Shown here one piece after another: positions 11,339 through 24,074 of a DNA stretch of 64,000 bases. How positions within the stretch are numbered: position 1 is the stretch's first letter; every line of letters begins with the position of its first letter. Below the pieces are notes generated by a model that did not search any database, was not told the origin of the DNA, and worked only from the letters and a program-made list of their open reading frames with translations. The stretch is taken from IMG/VR virus record IMGVR_UViG_3300029858_000001, positions 91,123-155,122 of that record, one strand, 5' to 3'. This DNA is from a virus. Made by a program: the position numbers and the translations under genes.

Positions 11339-11850
11339 GATATAGAGGAAAAATTGCTACTTTAGAAGAAGCAATATAGAAAGAACCACGAGTAGGAGAT
11401 GTATTTTATAATACAATTGATACTCATAATTATGTTTGGTCTGGGACTGAATGGAATGTTCTGACTGATGGCGTTGATTTTAAAATGAGCAATTATGAAT
11501 TAAATAAATGTGTAATTGGTCAAATGAAAAAACTTACTCCAGAAGAAGTGGATAAAAAATTAGAAGTTATTGATAGCTATGTTCAAGAAAGTAATAATAA
11601 ATATTTTATGCTTTTATGTAATGAATTAAATTATTATACAGTATTTGAAACTAATAGTTTAAGTAATGATAATCCTTATCTTAATATGGCTTCAGCCGTT
11701 TATGATATTATTAAGAACTTAGGTCAAATTAAAGATATTAATGATAGTGGTTCTGGGGCAATTGAAATTTGGATTACAAATAATGATGAAACTCATTGCT
11801 ATCATTTATTTGATTATGATGCTGGCATTGTTCCAGTGATAGGGAGATAA
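11335..11850 (+). CDS. Hypothetical protein, one TAG
   Basis: ATG overlaps the nrdG stop. The frame is open through TAG 11377 into the track ORF 11485..11850. Confidence 0.5.
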
Positions 11851-11852
11851 TT

Positions 11853-12113
11853 ATGTTATTTACTTATTTTGATTTATTTAATACAACACAAATTATTTAT
11901 TACCAAGGCCCAAATGATAAAAAGCCTACTATGGTTTGCACTTGTCGTCTTGATAATCTTAGTGATACTTTAACTAAACTATCAGAACAATATAAAGATA
12001 GTGATATTCATCTTTATGGCAATTAGACTTATGGTGAGGGACTTAAGGAAACTATTGAAAATTCTTTAATTACTAAATATAGTAATAATAATATTAAAAT
12101 TTATGTAAATTAA
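11853..12113 (+). CDS. Small hypothetical protein, one TAG
   Basis: ATG 11853; TAG at 12024; TAA at 12111. Confidence 0.4.
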
Positions 12114-12124
12114 TAGGAGAAAAT

Positions 12125-12400
12125 ATGTTTGAATATTTAATTAATACTACTGAAGTATATAGAGTAGATACAGAAAAAGAAGCAGCTGAACTTATTAATA
12201 AGGCTAAGCAGGATAGAGAATATGATTTAGCTAAATATTCTTCTACAAAGAAAGAGCGTAAATAGAAGGGTGAGATTGTTGATGAATGGTATCAAGTAAC
12301 CCTTGTAAAAAAGTTTAATGATGAAAAAGAACCGACAGATCATATTTCACTTTGTTATACAACCAGAACTAATTTTGATGGGGAGACTACAATTAACTAA
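12125..12400 (+). CDS. Small hypothetical protein, one TAG
   Basis: ATG 12125; TAG at 12263; TAA overlaps the dut ATG. Confidence 0.4.
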
Positions 12401-12948
12401 TGAGTATTTATTTTGAAAAGGTAAGTAAATATAATGATTGGGATTTACCAATGCCAGAACGAAAAACGAAATATAGTGCAGGATATGATTTTGCATCTGC
12501 TGAAGATGTTGTAATTCCTTCATATACACATATTGTAGAAACTTTTAAAGATGGAGCGGCAACTAATAACATTATTTCATTAAATGACATGGCTAAAATT
12601 ACTAAAGGACTTAAGTTAAAACCTACACTTGTTCCTACTGGAATGAAATGCCATATGGAAGATGGTCAATTCCTTGAGCTATCTGTTCGTTCTTCTTTGC
12701 CTTTAAAACATTGGATTATTCTTGCTAATGGAGTTGGCATCATTGATGCTGATTATTATAATAATCCTGATAATGAAGGACATATCTATTTCCAGTTAAT
12801 TAATCTTTCTCCTTTTGATATTGAAATTGCCAAAGGAGATATTATCGGCCAGGGCGTTATTCGAAACTACCTTATTACAGATAATGATAAGGCGGAAGGT
12901 ACAAGAATTGGCGGATTTGGTTCAACAAGTAAGGACGTTAATAATTAA
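12400..12948 (+). CDS. dut: dUTP diphosphatase
   Basis: dUTPase motifs AGYDF, RSSL, GVGIIDADY and RIGGFGSTS. Confidence 0.85.
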   Translation: MSIYFEKVSKYNDWDLPMPERKTKYSAGYDFASAEDVVIPSYTHIVETFKDGAATNNIISLNDMAKITKGLKLKPTLVPTGMKCHMEDGQFLELSVRSSLPLKHWIILANGVGIIDADYYNNPDNEGHIYFQLINLSPFDIEIAKGDIIGQGVIRNYLITDNDKAEGTRIGGFGSTSKDVNN

Positions 12949-12990
12949 TCAATAAATAATAATCTCCTTCTATAATAGGAGGAGATTTAT

Positions 12991-13473
12991 ATGAATTTTT
13001 TATTTTTAGACTTATCCACTAAATCTACTGGATATGCTATATCAGATGATAAAGGTAAGTTAATTACTTATGGTTTACTTACTGCCTCTTCTTCTAATAA
13101 TATAAGTCGTATCCAAAAGATACAAAGTGGAATTATAGAATTAGTAAAACAATATAATATAGAAAAATTAATCGCTGAAGATGTTCATCCAGAAGCCTAT
13201 GGTTATTCAGATACTGCTCGATTACTTATGTGGCTTCAAGGATCTATAGTCCTCGGTGCTCATAGTGTAAATAATAGTATAAATTCCAAAAGTATAGAAT
13301 TTATGCAAGCTAGTGAATGGCGAAAAAATTTAGGAATTAAAACAGGCCGCGGTATTAAACGTGAAAACCTTAAACCTCTTGATATAAAATATGTGAAAGA
13401 TACATATGGCATTGATGCAAATGATGATGTTTGTGATGCTATATGTTTATATACTGCATATTTTAAAGTGTAG
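12991..13473 (+). CDS. RuvC-like Holliday junction resolvase
   Basis: N-terminal FLDLSTKSTGYAI, which is the RuvC catalytic Asp motif. Size ~160 aa. Confidence 0.7.
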   Translation: MNFLFLDLSTKSTGYAISDDKGKLITYGLLTASSSNNISRIQKIQSGIIELVKQYNIEKLIAEDVHPEAYGYSDTARLLMWLQGSIVLGAHSVNNSINSKSIEFMQASEWRKNLGIKTGRGIKRENLKPLDIKYVKDTYGIDANDDVCDAICLYTAYFKV

Positions 13474-13583
13474 TAGGATGAATTAAATTGGGAATGACGG
13501 GCAATTTTATACAATTATATAATTCTTTCTTTCATTTATAATATGAGAAAGAGCGACAAATTCATGTCGGGAGGATTATATAA

Positions 13584-14021
13584 ATGTTAGAATTTATTAC
13601 TACACATCTGCTTGAAATTATTTTTGGACTAATTTCTGCAGGCGCCTTAGCCTTCTGTAAATGTCTGTATGGCAAAATGAAAACTTATAAAAAGCTAGTT
13701 GAAGAAAAAGAAAACAATACTTTAGACACCACAATTGAAACTCATATTGAGCCAATTCGTCAAGAAATTGAAGAACTGCGAAAATATGTATTAGAAAGTA
13801 ACACTGTCGCTAATAAACATATGAATTTAATTTTAACTTCTTATCGTTTTAGATTAACTCAATTGTGTAAAGCCTATATTCAGCAAGGATATATGACAAA
13901 TACTGAATATGAACAATTAGTAGAATTTTATAAGGTTTATGCTGGTTTAGGCGGAAATGGTCAAGCAAAAACTTATTATGACCGAGCAGTCCAATTACCT
14001 GTTCATAACGCGCAAGAATAA
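13584..14021 (+). CDS. Membrane-anchored hypothetical protein
   Basis: N-terminal TM helix. Last plus-strand gene before the convergent terminator. Confidence 0.5.
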   Translation: MLEFITTHLLEIIFGLISAGALAFCKCLYGKMKTYKKLVEEKENNTLDTTIETHIEPIRQEIEELRKYVLESNTVANKHMNLILTSYRFRLTQLCKAYIQQGYMTNTEYEQLVEFYKVYAGLGGNGQAKTYYDRAVQLPVHNAQE

Positions 14022-14062
14022 AAAAAAATAAAGGGAAGCAATTGCTTCCCTTTATTTGTTAT
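14022..14062. terminator. Bidirectional rho-independent terminator where the early (+) and late (-) transcription units converge
   Basis: A-run, then the perfect hairpin gggaagcaattgcttccc, then a T-run. Confidence 0.8.
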
Positions 14063-14064
14063 TT

Positions 14065-14559
14065 TTATACAATTTTTGTAGCTAATGTGGCTATCTTTCT
14101 TTGTAATAATTGTTTTTCTTCAGGAGTAGCATCCTGAATCATTTCTAAAAGATCAGAAGTTAGAACTTGGGCATAATCTTCTAACTCTCTCATCTATTGG
14201 GCCTAGTCCATATGATGTTCCTTACTTTCAATGTAAGATTTACGTTTCATTGGGCTATGGCCCATTTTTTTACTATCATCGTTCATTCCGCCTGTGCCTG
14301 TATAATTATAACCGTTATATCCACCATCATAATCCTTAGTATAATGTTTATCTCCATAATAATCATTATTTACATAATAAGGATATGGATTTTTGCGTTT
14401 ACGAGGATCTTTCATCATACCGATGTCATAAATTTCTTCTTCCTTGTTCTCTAACATAGCATCTACGATTGATCCATAATAACAAGCTTCGGCCAAATCT
14501 TTAATCATATCAATAACTTCTCCCATTTCATGGGTATCTGCTTGTTGAGGATTAGCCAT
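14065..14559 (-). CDS. Hypothetical protein (Tyr/Asn/Gly-rich), last gene of the late operon. Three in-frame TAGs.
   Basis: ATG 14559. The frame is open through TAG at 14203, 14194 and 14092 to TAA 14065-67. Confidence 0.45.
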
Positions 14560-14618
14560 TTGCTATTCAACTAAAGTTATTAAACTATTTTTAATCTAAC
14601 ATAATTTTTCCATCATAA

Positions 14619-15038
14619 TCAAGCCACCCTTTCTATAATAAGACTGGCATTTTCAACACTGACAGCAGAAGCACTGGTATTCTCAACACTTATCTATTGG
14701 CAACATCCACGTGGAACATTTAAAAATAAAGCACGAGAAATACTATTAAACTATTCTACTGCAGTTGGGGTTGAAATCATTGTAGTTTCTGCAACAGGTT
14801 CCCCATTAATAGCTATTGCCAAAGAAATAGGAGCTACAGTTGCACCAGTTGGAAGAGCTACATTAGCTCCAAAAGTAACCTTAAATCTGGCTCTACATTG
14901 ATTAGTTATACCTCGTAAAGTTACTAATCCGCTACCTTCACGATGAACCATGGCGCAACTGCCTGGAACAGCGGTATTAGTAAACACTACATTACCATTG
15001 GCATTTACCGTTTGTAAAGCATTAGCTGTTATTTCCAT
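14619..15038 (-). CDS. Hypothetical Ala/Thr/Val-rich beta-type protein (possible BclA-C-terminal/C1q-like fold), TAG-containing
   Basis: ATG 15038 with RBS. Track ORF 14751..15038 continues through TAGs to TGA 14619-21. Confidence 0.4.
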
Positions 15039-15058
15039 TTTTTAACCTCTTTTCTTTA

Positions 15059-15424
15059 TTAAGCAGTATACTAGCATCCGCATCCAGTATAATTAGTTCC
15101 TGCATAAGGATTTTGAACAACATAAGCTGGGATAGGAGCTTTGCTGCTTAATTGGTCTATTAAATAAGCATTCTGTAAGTTTTGAGAAATCTAACCTTTA
15201 AGGGTAGCATTTTCAGCAGTAAGAGTTTCAATCTTATCTTGGACAAGGAAATCAAGGATAGAACGCATACTAGCATTAGTATTATCAATGATATCTCTTA
15301 CTCCTTCATTAACTACTTGACGGTTTTGGCAAGCTTGACTTGCTAAATTATAATTTAAATCAGCGAAGCTTGATGTAATAAGATTCTTATTCTCGCAGCA
15401 GCACTGAGCATTCGTCGCTGCCAT
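15059..15424 (-). CDS. Hypothetical Cys-containing protein (CCC...GCGC), TAG-containing
   Basis: ATG 15424 abuts the upstream TAA. Open through TAG 15191 and 15071 to TAA 15059-61. Confidence 0.4.
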
Positions 15425-15910
15425 ATTATTTAATTGCTGAGAAAGAGCGTTTGTATTCTACATATTAGCAATAGTATCAGCATTAATAGCTTGAGTAATA
15501 CCAAAAGTATTCTACATAGCATTCATACCTAAATTACTAATATCAGATTGTAAAGTACGAGCATTTCCGTTTAAAGTTTCAGTAACACCTGCAAAGCCAG
15601 TTAATAAATTATTATTAACGCCAGCAAAACCATTACATAAACCTGTCTGTAAAGAATTAATACCAGACTTAATGTCGCTTACATCAAAGCCATAAGTTAA
15701 TTCTTCTCTCGTTGTAGTTCCCTGATATCCAGAACCATTGGCGCCATTACCCCAGCCGTTTCCGCCCCAGCCATTGAAGCAGAAAAGGAAGAGAATAATT
15801 ATCCACCATGCACCGTTACCCCACATACCATCATCACCATTACGGTATCCATTACCGCCTGTGGCTGCGGCAATATCAGCTAAACTATAACCATTACTTG
15901 TGTTGAACAT
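15425..15910 (-). CDS. Gly/Asn-rich protein with one central TM helix (WWIIILFLFCF); possible lysis/holin-like function
   Basis: ATG 15910. Open through TAG 15512 and 15458 to TAA 15425-27. GNGWGNG repeats flank the TM segment. Confidence 0.4.
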
Positions 15911-16186
15911 ATAAATGTCCTCCTTTAATAAAAATATTATTTAATCCCAAGCTATTGCTTAAAGGAATTAAATTCTTTATCAAAGTCTAACCCTTTCTAT
16001 GCACATATATTACGTGCTATCTGTTCTATTCCACTGGTATTTCCATTCTATGCCATCTATAGTAAATTATTTGCCATTGGATTATTCTATTGCTATAAAA
16101 ATGACATTATTAACTATTGAGGATTAGACCCACCTTTTATCATTTGAATAATCTACATAGGATTTATTTGCATAATTTATTACTCC

Positions 16187-16618
16187 TTAAAAATTAATTT
16201 GCTATTTAGGCTATTCTTCTACTTTTGGCTATTGCTTCTATTGCTAAGTCTACTAAGCAATCATATTTAATGCACCTTTAATATCATTTAATGTTTCATC
16301 AAATTCCTAACGAGTAACAAAATTAGATGAATTAAAAGCTTCCGTAGGAACTTCTTTATACTCATACATATTCATAGATGCTGTTCCATCTAAATTAATT
16401 TGCTTAGTATAAATCCTTTTATTAGCCAAATCAGGAAAGAAAAATACAGAACCGTCAAAATCAATAGCGGCAGCTCTTGCTTCTTCCAATGAAGAAACTG
16501 GACGACCTTTTAATCCAATAAAAGCAGGCTATGGCTACTAACTTGGAGGTATTATTGTATTGGTCCTTTGTGGTTGATAATAACTTTGATTATTTCCAAA
16601 ACCTTGATATAAATTCAT
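16187..16618 (-). CDS. Gln/Pro-rich hypothetical protein in which most Gln codons are TAG
   Basis: ATG 16618. Runs such as S-TAG-TAG-P-TAG-P and A-TAG-TAG-T-TAG-CAA-TAG-K-CAA-TAG alternate TAG with CAA inside obvious poly-Q tracts. Confidence 0.5.
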
Positions 16619-16747
16619 AACTAAAATCCTTTCTTATTTATTCTTTCTATACTTATATAAAAAATATTGTCAAATAATTTCCCAATTTTATCAAAATTTT
16701 TGGGAAAAAATTTAGGGCATTTTAGTACAATAAATAAGCATAAAAAA

Positions 16748-16778
16748 AAATGGGAGAACCATATCGGTTCTCCCATTT
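16748..16778. terminator. Rho-independent terminator (bidirectional shape)
   Basis: A9, then the hairpin tgggagaacc atatc ggttctccca, then a T-run. Confidence 0.7.
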
Positions 16779-16780
16779 TA

Positions 16781-17188
16781 TTATTTTGTTTCTGTTGGAG
16801 TAATTTTATTTGTACTAACTTCTTTTTCAATTTTAGAAGAAATATACTCATTGAGATCTCCAACAGCAGAATTCAAATATTCAATAGCATCTTGACCTAA
16901 AATAGCAATTACTTTATTATAAACATCAGTAAATGCTTTTTTCTACGCTTCGCCATCAAATTTTCCTTGCTGTTTTAATGAATTAACATAAGTCTGATTC
17001 ATTGCAATAACACAATCGGTAATTGTATTATCAAGCATATCTAAATATTTTTTAGCTAATTCGCTATCTGTTTGTTGCTTTAAAGCATCTTTTTTAGATT
17101 TAATCCAAGCAACTAAGAATGTCGTTAAAATTCCAAGTAAAGGAATAATACAAATCTGAAATATTTGCGCAACTAATTGAGCATCCAT
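16781..17188 (-). CDS. Small membrane protein with one N-terminal TM and a charged C-terminus (holin-like candidate)
   Basis: ATG 17188 with GGAGG RBS. Track ORF 16943..17188 continues through TAG 16943 to TAA 16781-83, just before the terminator. Confidence 0.4.
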
Positions 17189-17201
17189 TTAAAATTCCTC
17201 C

Positions 17202-19850
17202 TTAATCCCAATCATGCCAAATTAAATGGCTATTTAAAAATTTTGTTTCTAAGTAATCAACTGAATATCCCTATTGTTTATGCTATTCAGTTAATTTATT
17301 AGGCTAATCATTTAAGAATGAAGATCCTCCACCAGAGAAAGACATTATATTCCAAGAATTATTAGTATAAATTCCCCAATAGCTCTCAGGTGTGGCATCT
17401 TCTGAAGCAAAATAATTTATTAGTAAAATTTCTCCATTATTAGTATTTACTAATAAATTAGGTAAAATTAATTCATTATTAGTTATTGAAATATTATTAC
17501 CATTAATTATATTTTGAATTATAGTCATTAATGTTGGAGTTGGGTTATCTGCTCCAGCATTAGGAGATTTATTTATCTTATAATTAAAAGTACTTGTATT
17601 ACTACTGCCTAAATAAGTTATTTTAAAATTATCACTTTGATTTGTTGTAGGAATTAAAGTAATATTTACAATTTTAGTAGGATTAGGAATGCCAGGAATA
17701 CCTTTTATATTTCCAACTAATTCCCAACTATTAGTCATTACGTCTTTTAAAATAGCTTTTTGTTCTTCAATCGTATTAGTAGGAAGTTTATTGTATTTAT
17801 AAATATCGCCACGGTTAGCATTATTATCTTCTAAACGTGTTATATTAAAGAATAAATCTCCTTTAGAGAACAATGGCCCATTATAATTAGTAGAATCCCA
17901 TATTACTTTATTGTTTAAAACACTTAATCCGCTGTCTCCAGGAGTAAATACATGAATAGGCATAGGAGCTTCTATGTTTACTAACTATTCATTTTCATTC
18001 TAAGGAATGGGTTCTCCAATTGTAAAATCTGCTTCATTTGCAACCTACTTTATTTTTGTTAAAGTAATAGGATCATTTACCAATTTAAATAAAAATTCTT
18101 CTTGATAAATATTTTCTCCCATACCTTCAGTTAAACTACTAATAACTTTATTTTGATTTTTTACATATTTTTGTTTTTCTTTATCAAAATAAAAGCTTGA
18201 AATCATTTGGGTTGTAGCAATAGGGGCAGGAGCTGTAATAGCTCCAATATATTTTCCTTCAATATATGATTCATTTACATCTGTTAAAATATAAAATTTA
18301 CCTGTAGGTTCATTAATATAAAAATCAGCTTTATAAGCTTTTGTTACATTATTATAATGTTCATTTAACCAAGAAGCTAAATCTAATACTCCAATTAAAT
18401 AATCTGCAATATTATAGGTTTCAAAAGAATAAAATATATCAGAAGCCTTGTAATTTTCTTGTATTGAAGGATTTCCATTTTTATCTTCTATAATGATACT
18501 AAATAATTTTTCTATTAAATCATTTATTATAGTTCCTAAAGGATATAGTGAATTAGGGAAAGATTTAAAAATAGAAGCTGATAATAAATAAGTATTAACT
18601 TTTTCAATTGCATCGCTATTAATCCACATATACTAAGGAATTAATTCTTTTGTTCCATCCTCTTTATAACGTTCATAAGGACGAACAGATAAATTATAAT
18701 TATTTTTTAATTCCGTATATAATTTTAAAATTTGTTTTTCCTTACTTTTTGTTATTTCATTATTTTTATTAGATAAAGGATTAAAAATGACACTTTGATC
18801 TTCTTCTTGAGTATATATAAATGAATTATTTAAATAACTACCTTCTTTAAAAAATTTACTATCCACTTTATAATAAAAATGTTTAGTATCATTAAACTAA
18901 AGATTAGTATAAAAACCTGTTTCTTCATTTTTAGAATTTTCATCTAAAGTGTAAGTCACTGTATCATCTGATAAAAAATGAAGTAAAAAATCACTAATGA
19001 TAGCAATTAATTGAACTTCTTTTTTATAAACTTTATAAGTATCATTATTTATATAATAATCGCTACTAGATAAGATACCAAAATTATGGTAAAAATTTAA
19101 TGGCCCTGTGCCAAATAGCATACCATAGTAAAAAGTAGGAGCTTTTGGTAAATCAAAAACTAACTAAGGTTTAGTTAAAGTAGCAATTTTTGTTTCACCA
19201 TTTTTATCTATGTAAGCTCTACCATCAGTATACAAATAAGCATTAGGTTCTTCCTAAGATCCTACAATATTTCTATAAACATCTTCAATACGCTATCCAC
19301 GCTATAAATAAAATTTAATTTTAGGAGTATCAGGATTAGTTAAATCTAAAGTAACATAAGGATCTCCATCTTCAATATCTATTGTCTAATGGAATACCTA
19401 AATTCGAGGAGTAACACCTGTGACACAAGCTATTAATCTATATCCAAAGCCAAAGCATTCTTCACTTTCAATATCTGATACTTCATGTAAAGAATTACCA
19501 TATTCTTCAGTATCACTTTCATCTAAATTTAGAAAAACATAAATATTATTATCATTTTCAGGAAATTCAGGAGAAACTGTTAAATTTCTATCTACATAGA
19601 TTTTTTGCCACAATGAATTAGTAAAAGATTTACCACTAGCTTTTAAATCTATCTATAAATTAGTATTATAATTAGAAGTTTCTTCATTCATAAATGAAGG
19701 ATCACCATAGTTAATAAAAATATAATCTCCTACATTTACTGGTGAAGTCCAACGCATTTGTAAGTCTCCAACCATATCTACAGCTCGGTTAGAGAATATT
19801 CTTGTTATTTTAAAATCTTGACCTTTTTGTCCGCCATAAAAACTATACAT
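17202..19850 (-). CDS. Large tail fibre / receptor-binding protein (~880 aa), TAG-rich
   Basis: Track fragments ending at 19853, 19613, 19121, 18866, 18629 and 17963 share one frame and join when TAG is read through. Asn/Thr-rich beta-rich sequence. Confidence 0.5.
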
Positions 19851-19853
19851 CAA

Positions 19854-20555
19854 TTATCCCTCCTCTTCTCCATAAGTAAAATCAATAATAATATTATATA
19901 AATCATCTTCAGAACCATCAACATAAACTCCAGCTTTGCCTTTTAAATATAAGCCTAAACCGCTTCTGTATTTAGTAACATATTGCTAATGGAGATTATT
20001 ATACTATATCCAATAGTCATTACCAGTTTCAGTCCGATCTGGAACTGTCCCTTGGCTTTTAGTTAATTCAGTTACTTTAGTTAAAAATTCATCTCTAGCC
20101 TATTTCATAATTGATGTTCCATTAGACTGTAATTCCTAGCTTAATTCTTTATTTAAGATATAATTTTTAGGATGTTGGAAACGCAATGATTTGATCACTA
20201 TATCATCATTTAATTCATAGATTCCAGTACGACCTATCATTAACCACTAACCTGCATTTGGGGTAGTCGATTCAGAAAAAGTGAACTTGGTTCCAGGAGG
20301 AGCCTAAATACCTATTTTTTTTACATTAGTATAATTAACTAAAATATTTTTATTAAAAATATCAATACGATTTTCCATATAGTCAGTTAATCCTAAATCT
20401 CCAACCAATGTAGCCTCCGTAGAATCGTTCTCTCTATTTTGATAAACCATACTGTATATTAATTCATTATGATTATTTTTATTAGTAGAAATTAATCCTC
20501 CAGATCCTCCATAATCTTCAAGATTATAAACAATCTATTTTAATTCAATACTCAT
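19854..20555 (-). CDS. Tail/baseplate protein (~233 aa), TAG-containing
   Basis: ATG 20555 with GGAGG RBS. The frame is consistent through to TAA 19854-56. Confidence 0.4.
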
Positions 20556-20565
20556 TGTTACCTCC

Positions 20566-23500
20566 TTATACTCTTGTTAAAGCTTCATTTGTTGTAATTG
20601 ACATATTCCCATTATAAGTTAAAGGAAGGGTATATTGAGTTATAACAAATTCCCCTTTAATATTACTTTTTTTATCATCTATATAAATTAAATTATTAGG
20701 CTCTAAATAATATCTAGGCGCGCAATTAATAGTGACAGTTAAATTATAAATTAAATACTAATATAGCATTTCTCTTATATAATCAAATGCCGTGCTACCT
20801 GTCCCACTAGAACTAAACAATTTCATTTGCCCAGGTTTTAACGCGCAATAGGCTTGTCCTTCTAGTGTATATTCTTCAATTTTCTAAATTAAATCTGCTT
20901 CGCCAGTATTCTCGAAGAAAATAATATCAGGTACATTTAATTTATATAATAGACTCATATTAGTTTTAGTTAATGCTTTAGTGCGTCGGCCTATCTTATT
21001 AACAGAATACTTTGATACTAACTAATCAACATCAATAAAATCTAACCAATAAGTTATTAAACTAGGATCAATGTAAATCGCCGGATTCCATCCATCCCAA
21101 GTATCTATTTTTTCTTTATCTGAGTTAGCTGAATCAATTTGATTATTCCATTCCTCATGCCAAGTTTCATTCTATGGGTCAAATAACTATTTGCGCCATA
21201 AATATTCATTATTAATTTTAGCTAATAATTCATCATCATAGTCTCCTTTTTGAGACCCATTTTCGTTATTTAATAAAGCCTATCTAAATAATTCTTCGCG
21301 CCATTCATGACAAGGAGTGCCAATTAACGTAAAATAAAAATTATCTTCATAATCAAATTCTGGCTCTTCTGGAGTATAAGTAATAATTTTTATTTTACTA
21401 TTTTCTGGTAAAATTGAAAAATCAATAATATTAGAATTATAAGCATTGGTAATTTCTTCAATTATTTCATTTAAAGTATAATTCCCATTATCTCGTAAAA
21501 TAAAAATCTTTTTTATTATATCTTCCTAATCTTTTAAAACTTTTAACTAATCTTTTTTTCCTTCTACTGGATCTAAAAATGGAAGAAGTAAGTCACTACC
21601 TTTTTTATTATCAGAACTAGATGAATTATTATCTTTTTTAGTATCTGAAGAAGTTTCTCCTTTAGAGCTTACTCCAAAGTAAGGGTCTAGCTAGCTCTAT
21701 GATTTAATAGGATTAGTATTTTTATGCCAAGAATCAGGAACACCAAACCCAGGATCTAAATCAGGAGTATTGGGTTTGTCAGGATAGCCTATTGGACCAT
21801 CGCCTGATGGATTATCGCTAGGAATATCATTTATGTCTGTATAGTTATAAATTAAAGTAATATCATCTATTAGGTCATCTTTATTCGTTTTATAATATTC
21901 TAATAAAACTTTAACTAATTCTTTATGTTCTTCTTCTGATATTAAAGTTTTATTTTCTGAATCTTTAATAGCAGAATAATTATCAAGAATGCTATAATTG
22001 TATTCTTGTTTATTGCCTTTAGAATCATAAGAATTTAATTTATAAATTAATAGACCAGTACTTGAAACTAATAAAACATTATTTTGATTAATAAAATTAA
22101 AATCATATTTTTTATTAGTTTCATCAAAATTTATATCTTTTATAATTTTTAGATAATAATTCTATTTTACTTTATTTATTAAATTATTTATATTAGTTAA
22201 ATTTAATTTTTCTGATAATTCAAAAATCTATATCCATTCGCCCTTTTTATTATAATATCCTAAAACATCAACATTATCTATAATTCTTTTCTATACTAAA
22301 TAAAATTCTTTGTTTTTTACTTTTGTAGTATCATCTTTTTTATCATCAGAATCATTAGGAGGTTTAGAAGATCCATCTGGATCTATACTAAAATCAGGAT
22401 CTAACTAATTTTGTTTGTCTCTCTAAGTACCTCTATGCCAAGAGTCAGGAATACCAAACCCAGGATCTAAATCAGGAGCATTGGGTCTATCAGGATAACC
22501 TATTGGTTCGTCATCAGAAGAACTGTTATCATCTGAAGTATCTTCTTCATCTTTTTTAGGATAAACTCCAAAAGCCAAATGGGTAAAATCAATAATATCA
22601 GTTAAATCTTCAAGATATATAAAATCAATAATCTCTCTATTTAATAATACTACTTTATAATATCTTATCTAGTCAGAAAAAATAACCTTATAATATAAGA
22701 TAAACTGATCACCATTGTAAAAAGAATAATTCTATAAAATATTATCTATTATATCTTTTTTAATGGCTGTTTCTATTGAACTATCAGTAATTTCACTATG
22801 ATTTTCAGTATAAATTATTTCAATAGCTTTTTGTTCAGGGGTCTAGTTATAATTATTTTTTTCATATTCAAATAAATAATAAGCATGATCTCCATTGCCT
22901 CTAGTGATATCCCACATATACTAATTAGCTAAATCAATTTGTGGTTTTTCATCAATAGCCAAATGATATTGAATAGTTTTGGTAACCCCATTAGCATTTG
23001 TTTTATCGCCCCAAACAATAAAATCATTTTTTATATTTTCATATTTAGGGCTATTATAATAAGATAAAGCATCTTTAGCATCAATAAAAGTATAATAATA
23101 CTTACTATCAGAAAAAGCTTTAATATAATAATTATCATTAATCTAAGTAATTGGAGTATAATAATAATTTAAATAATTCTTTTTCTGCTAAAATACAAAA
23201 TGACCATCTAAATCATAAAAATATTCATAATTACCTAAAGATTCAATAATTTTATCAAGAACAGAAGTTACTGTATCTCCTGCAGAAAAGACTAATTCTC
23301 CAGGATAAGTAAAATCTGTTTCTTGATATCCAACGTCTTGTCCATAAATAAATTTATGCTACAAAAAATTTTCATCTTCGGGCGCATTTTCACTAATTAC
23401 AAAACTTTTATAATCTTTTGAAAACCATATAGGGTTTTGACCTACATATTTTGTACTAAGTTTAGCTGTCATATCTACATCATTAATTATAACATTCTAT

Positions 23501-24069
23501 TCTGGCTCTTTGCCAAAATGTGTTACACATTCTTTAATAATAGTAAATATAGGTACTTGTTCTATAGAAATATCTCCATTATCATCTTCATACTATGTTT
23601 CATGAAAAGTAACTGCTGAAGGTAATGTACCTCCGCAAGTTCCATCAAGCATACACATTTTATCTTTGCCTGAAATAGAAATATTTGCTGAAGAAGCAGT
23701 AGTAGACGTGGTGGCTTGATTAATTACATAAGTACCAAGAGGGAACCAAATAATATCTCCATAATTTTTATAATCTTCAAATGGATTTTCAAGCCCCACT
23801 TCTATCTTTACTTTTTTATTTATTGAAATTATATTTTCAATGTTATTTATATCATTTTCATTTTCTATTCCACTTACTGTTAAACTTATTGTGCGACGTA
23901 ACGCTGCTTGTCCATTAACAGTAATAGATCCAGCCGTAGCTATTCCCTAAATTTCACGCAAAGGTTTTTCATCTACAAATGATAATACAGTAATTTTGGC
24001 GTAATGGTTTTTTATACGCATCTCATCTAACATAGATAAGAATTTTGAATCAGTCAAATATTCTCTCAT
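20566..24069 (-). CDS. Giant baseplate/tail protein (~1170 aa) with an internal duplicated module, TAG-rich
   Basis: ATG 24069 with GGAG RBS. Contains two copies of P-I-G-Y-P-D-[RK]-P-N-x-P-D-L-D-P-G-F-G-[IV]-P-D-S-W-H. Start and stop frames agree. Confidence 0.45.
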
Positions 24070-24074
24070 ATTAT

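Noticed and set aside
16621-16900. Track ORFs 16621..16863 (-) and 16667..16900 (+)
   Set aside because: They span the terminator at 16748-16778 and the 3' end of the holin-like gene. They have no RBS and a hydrophobic junk composition.
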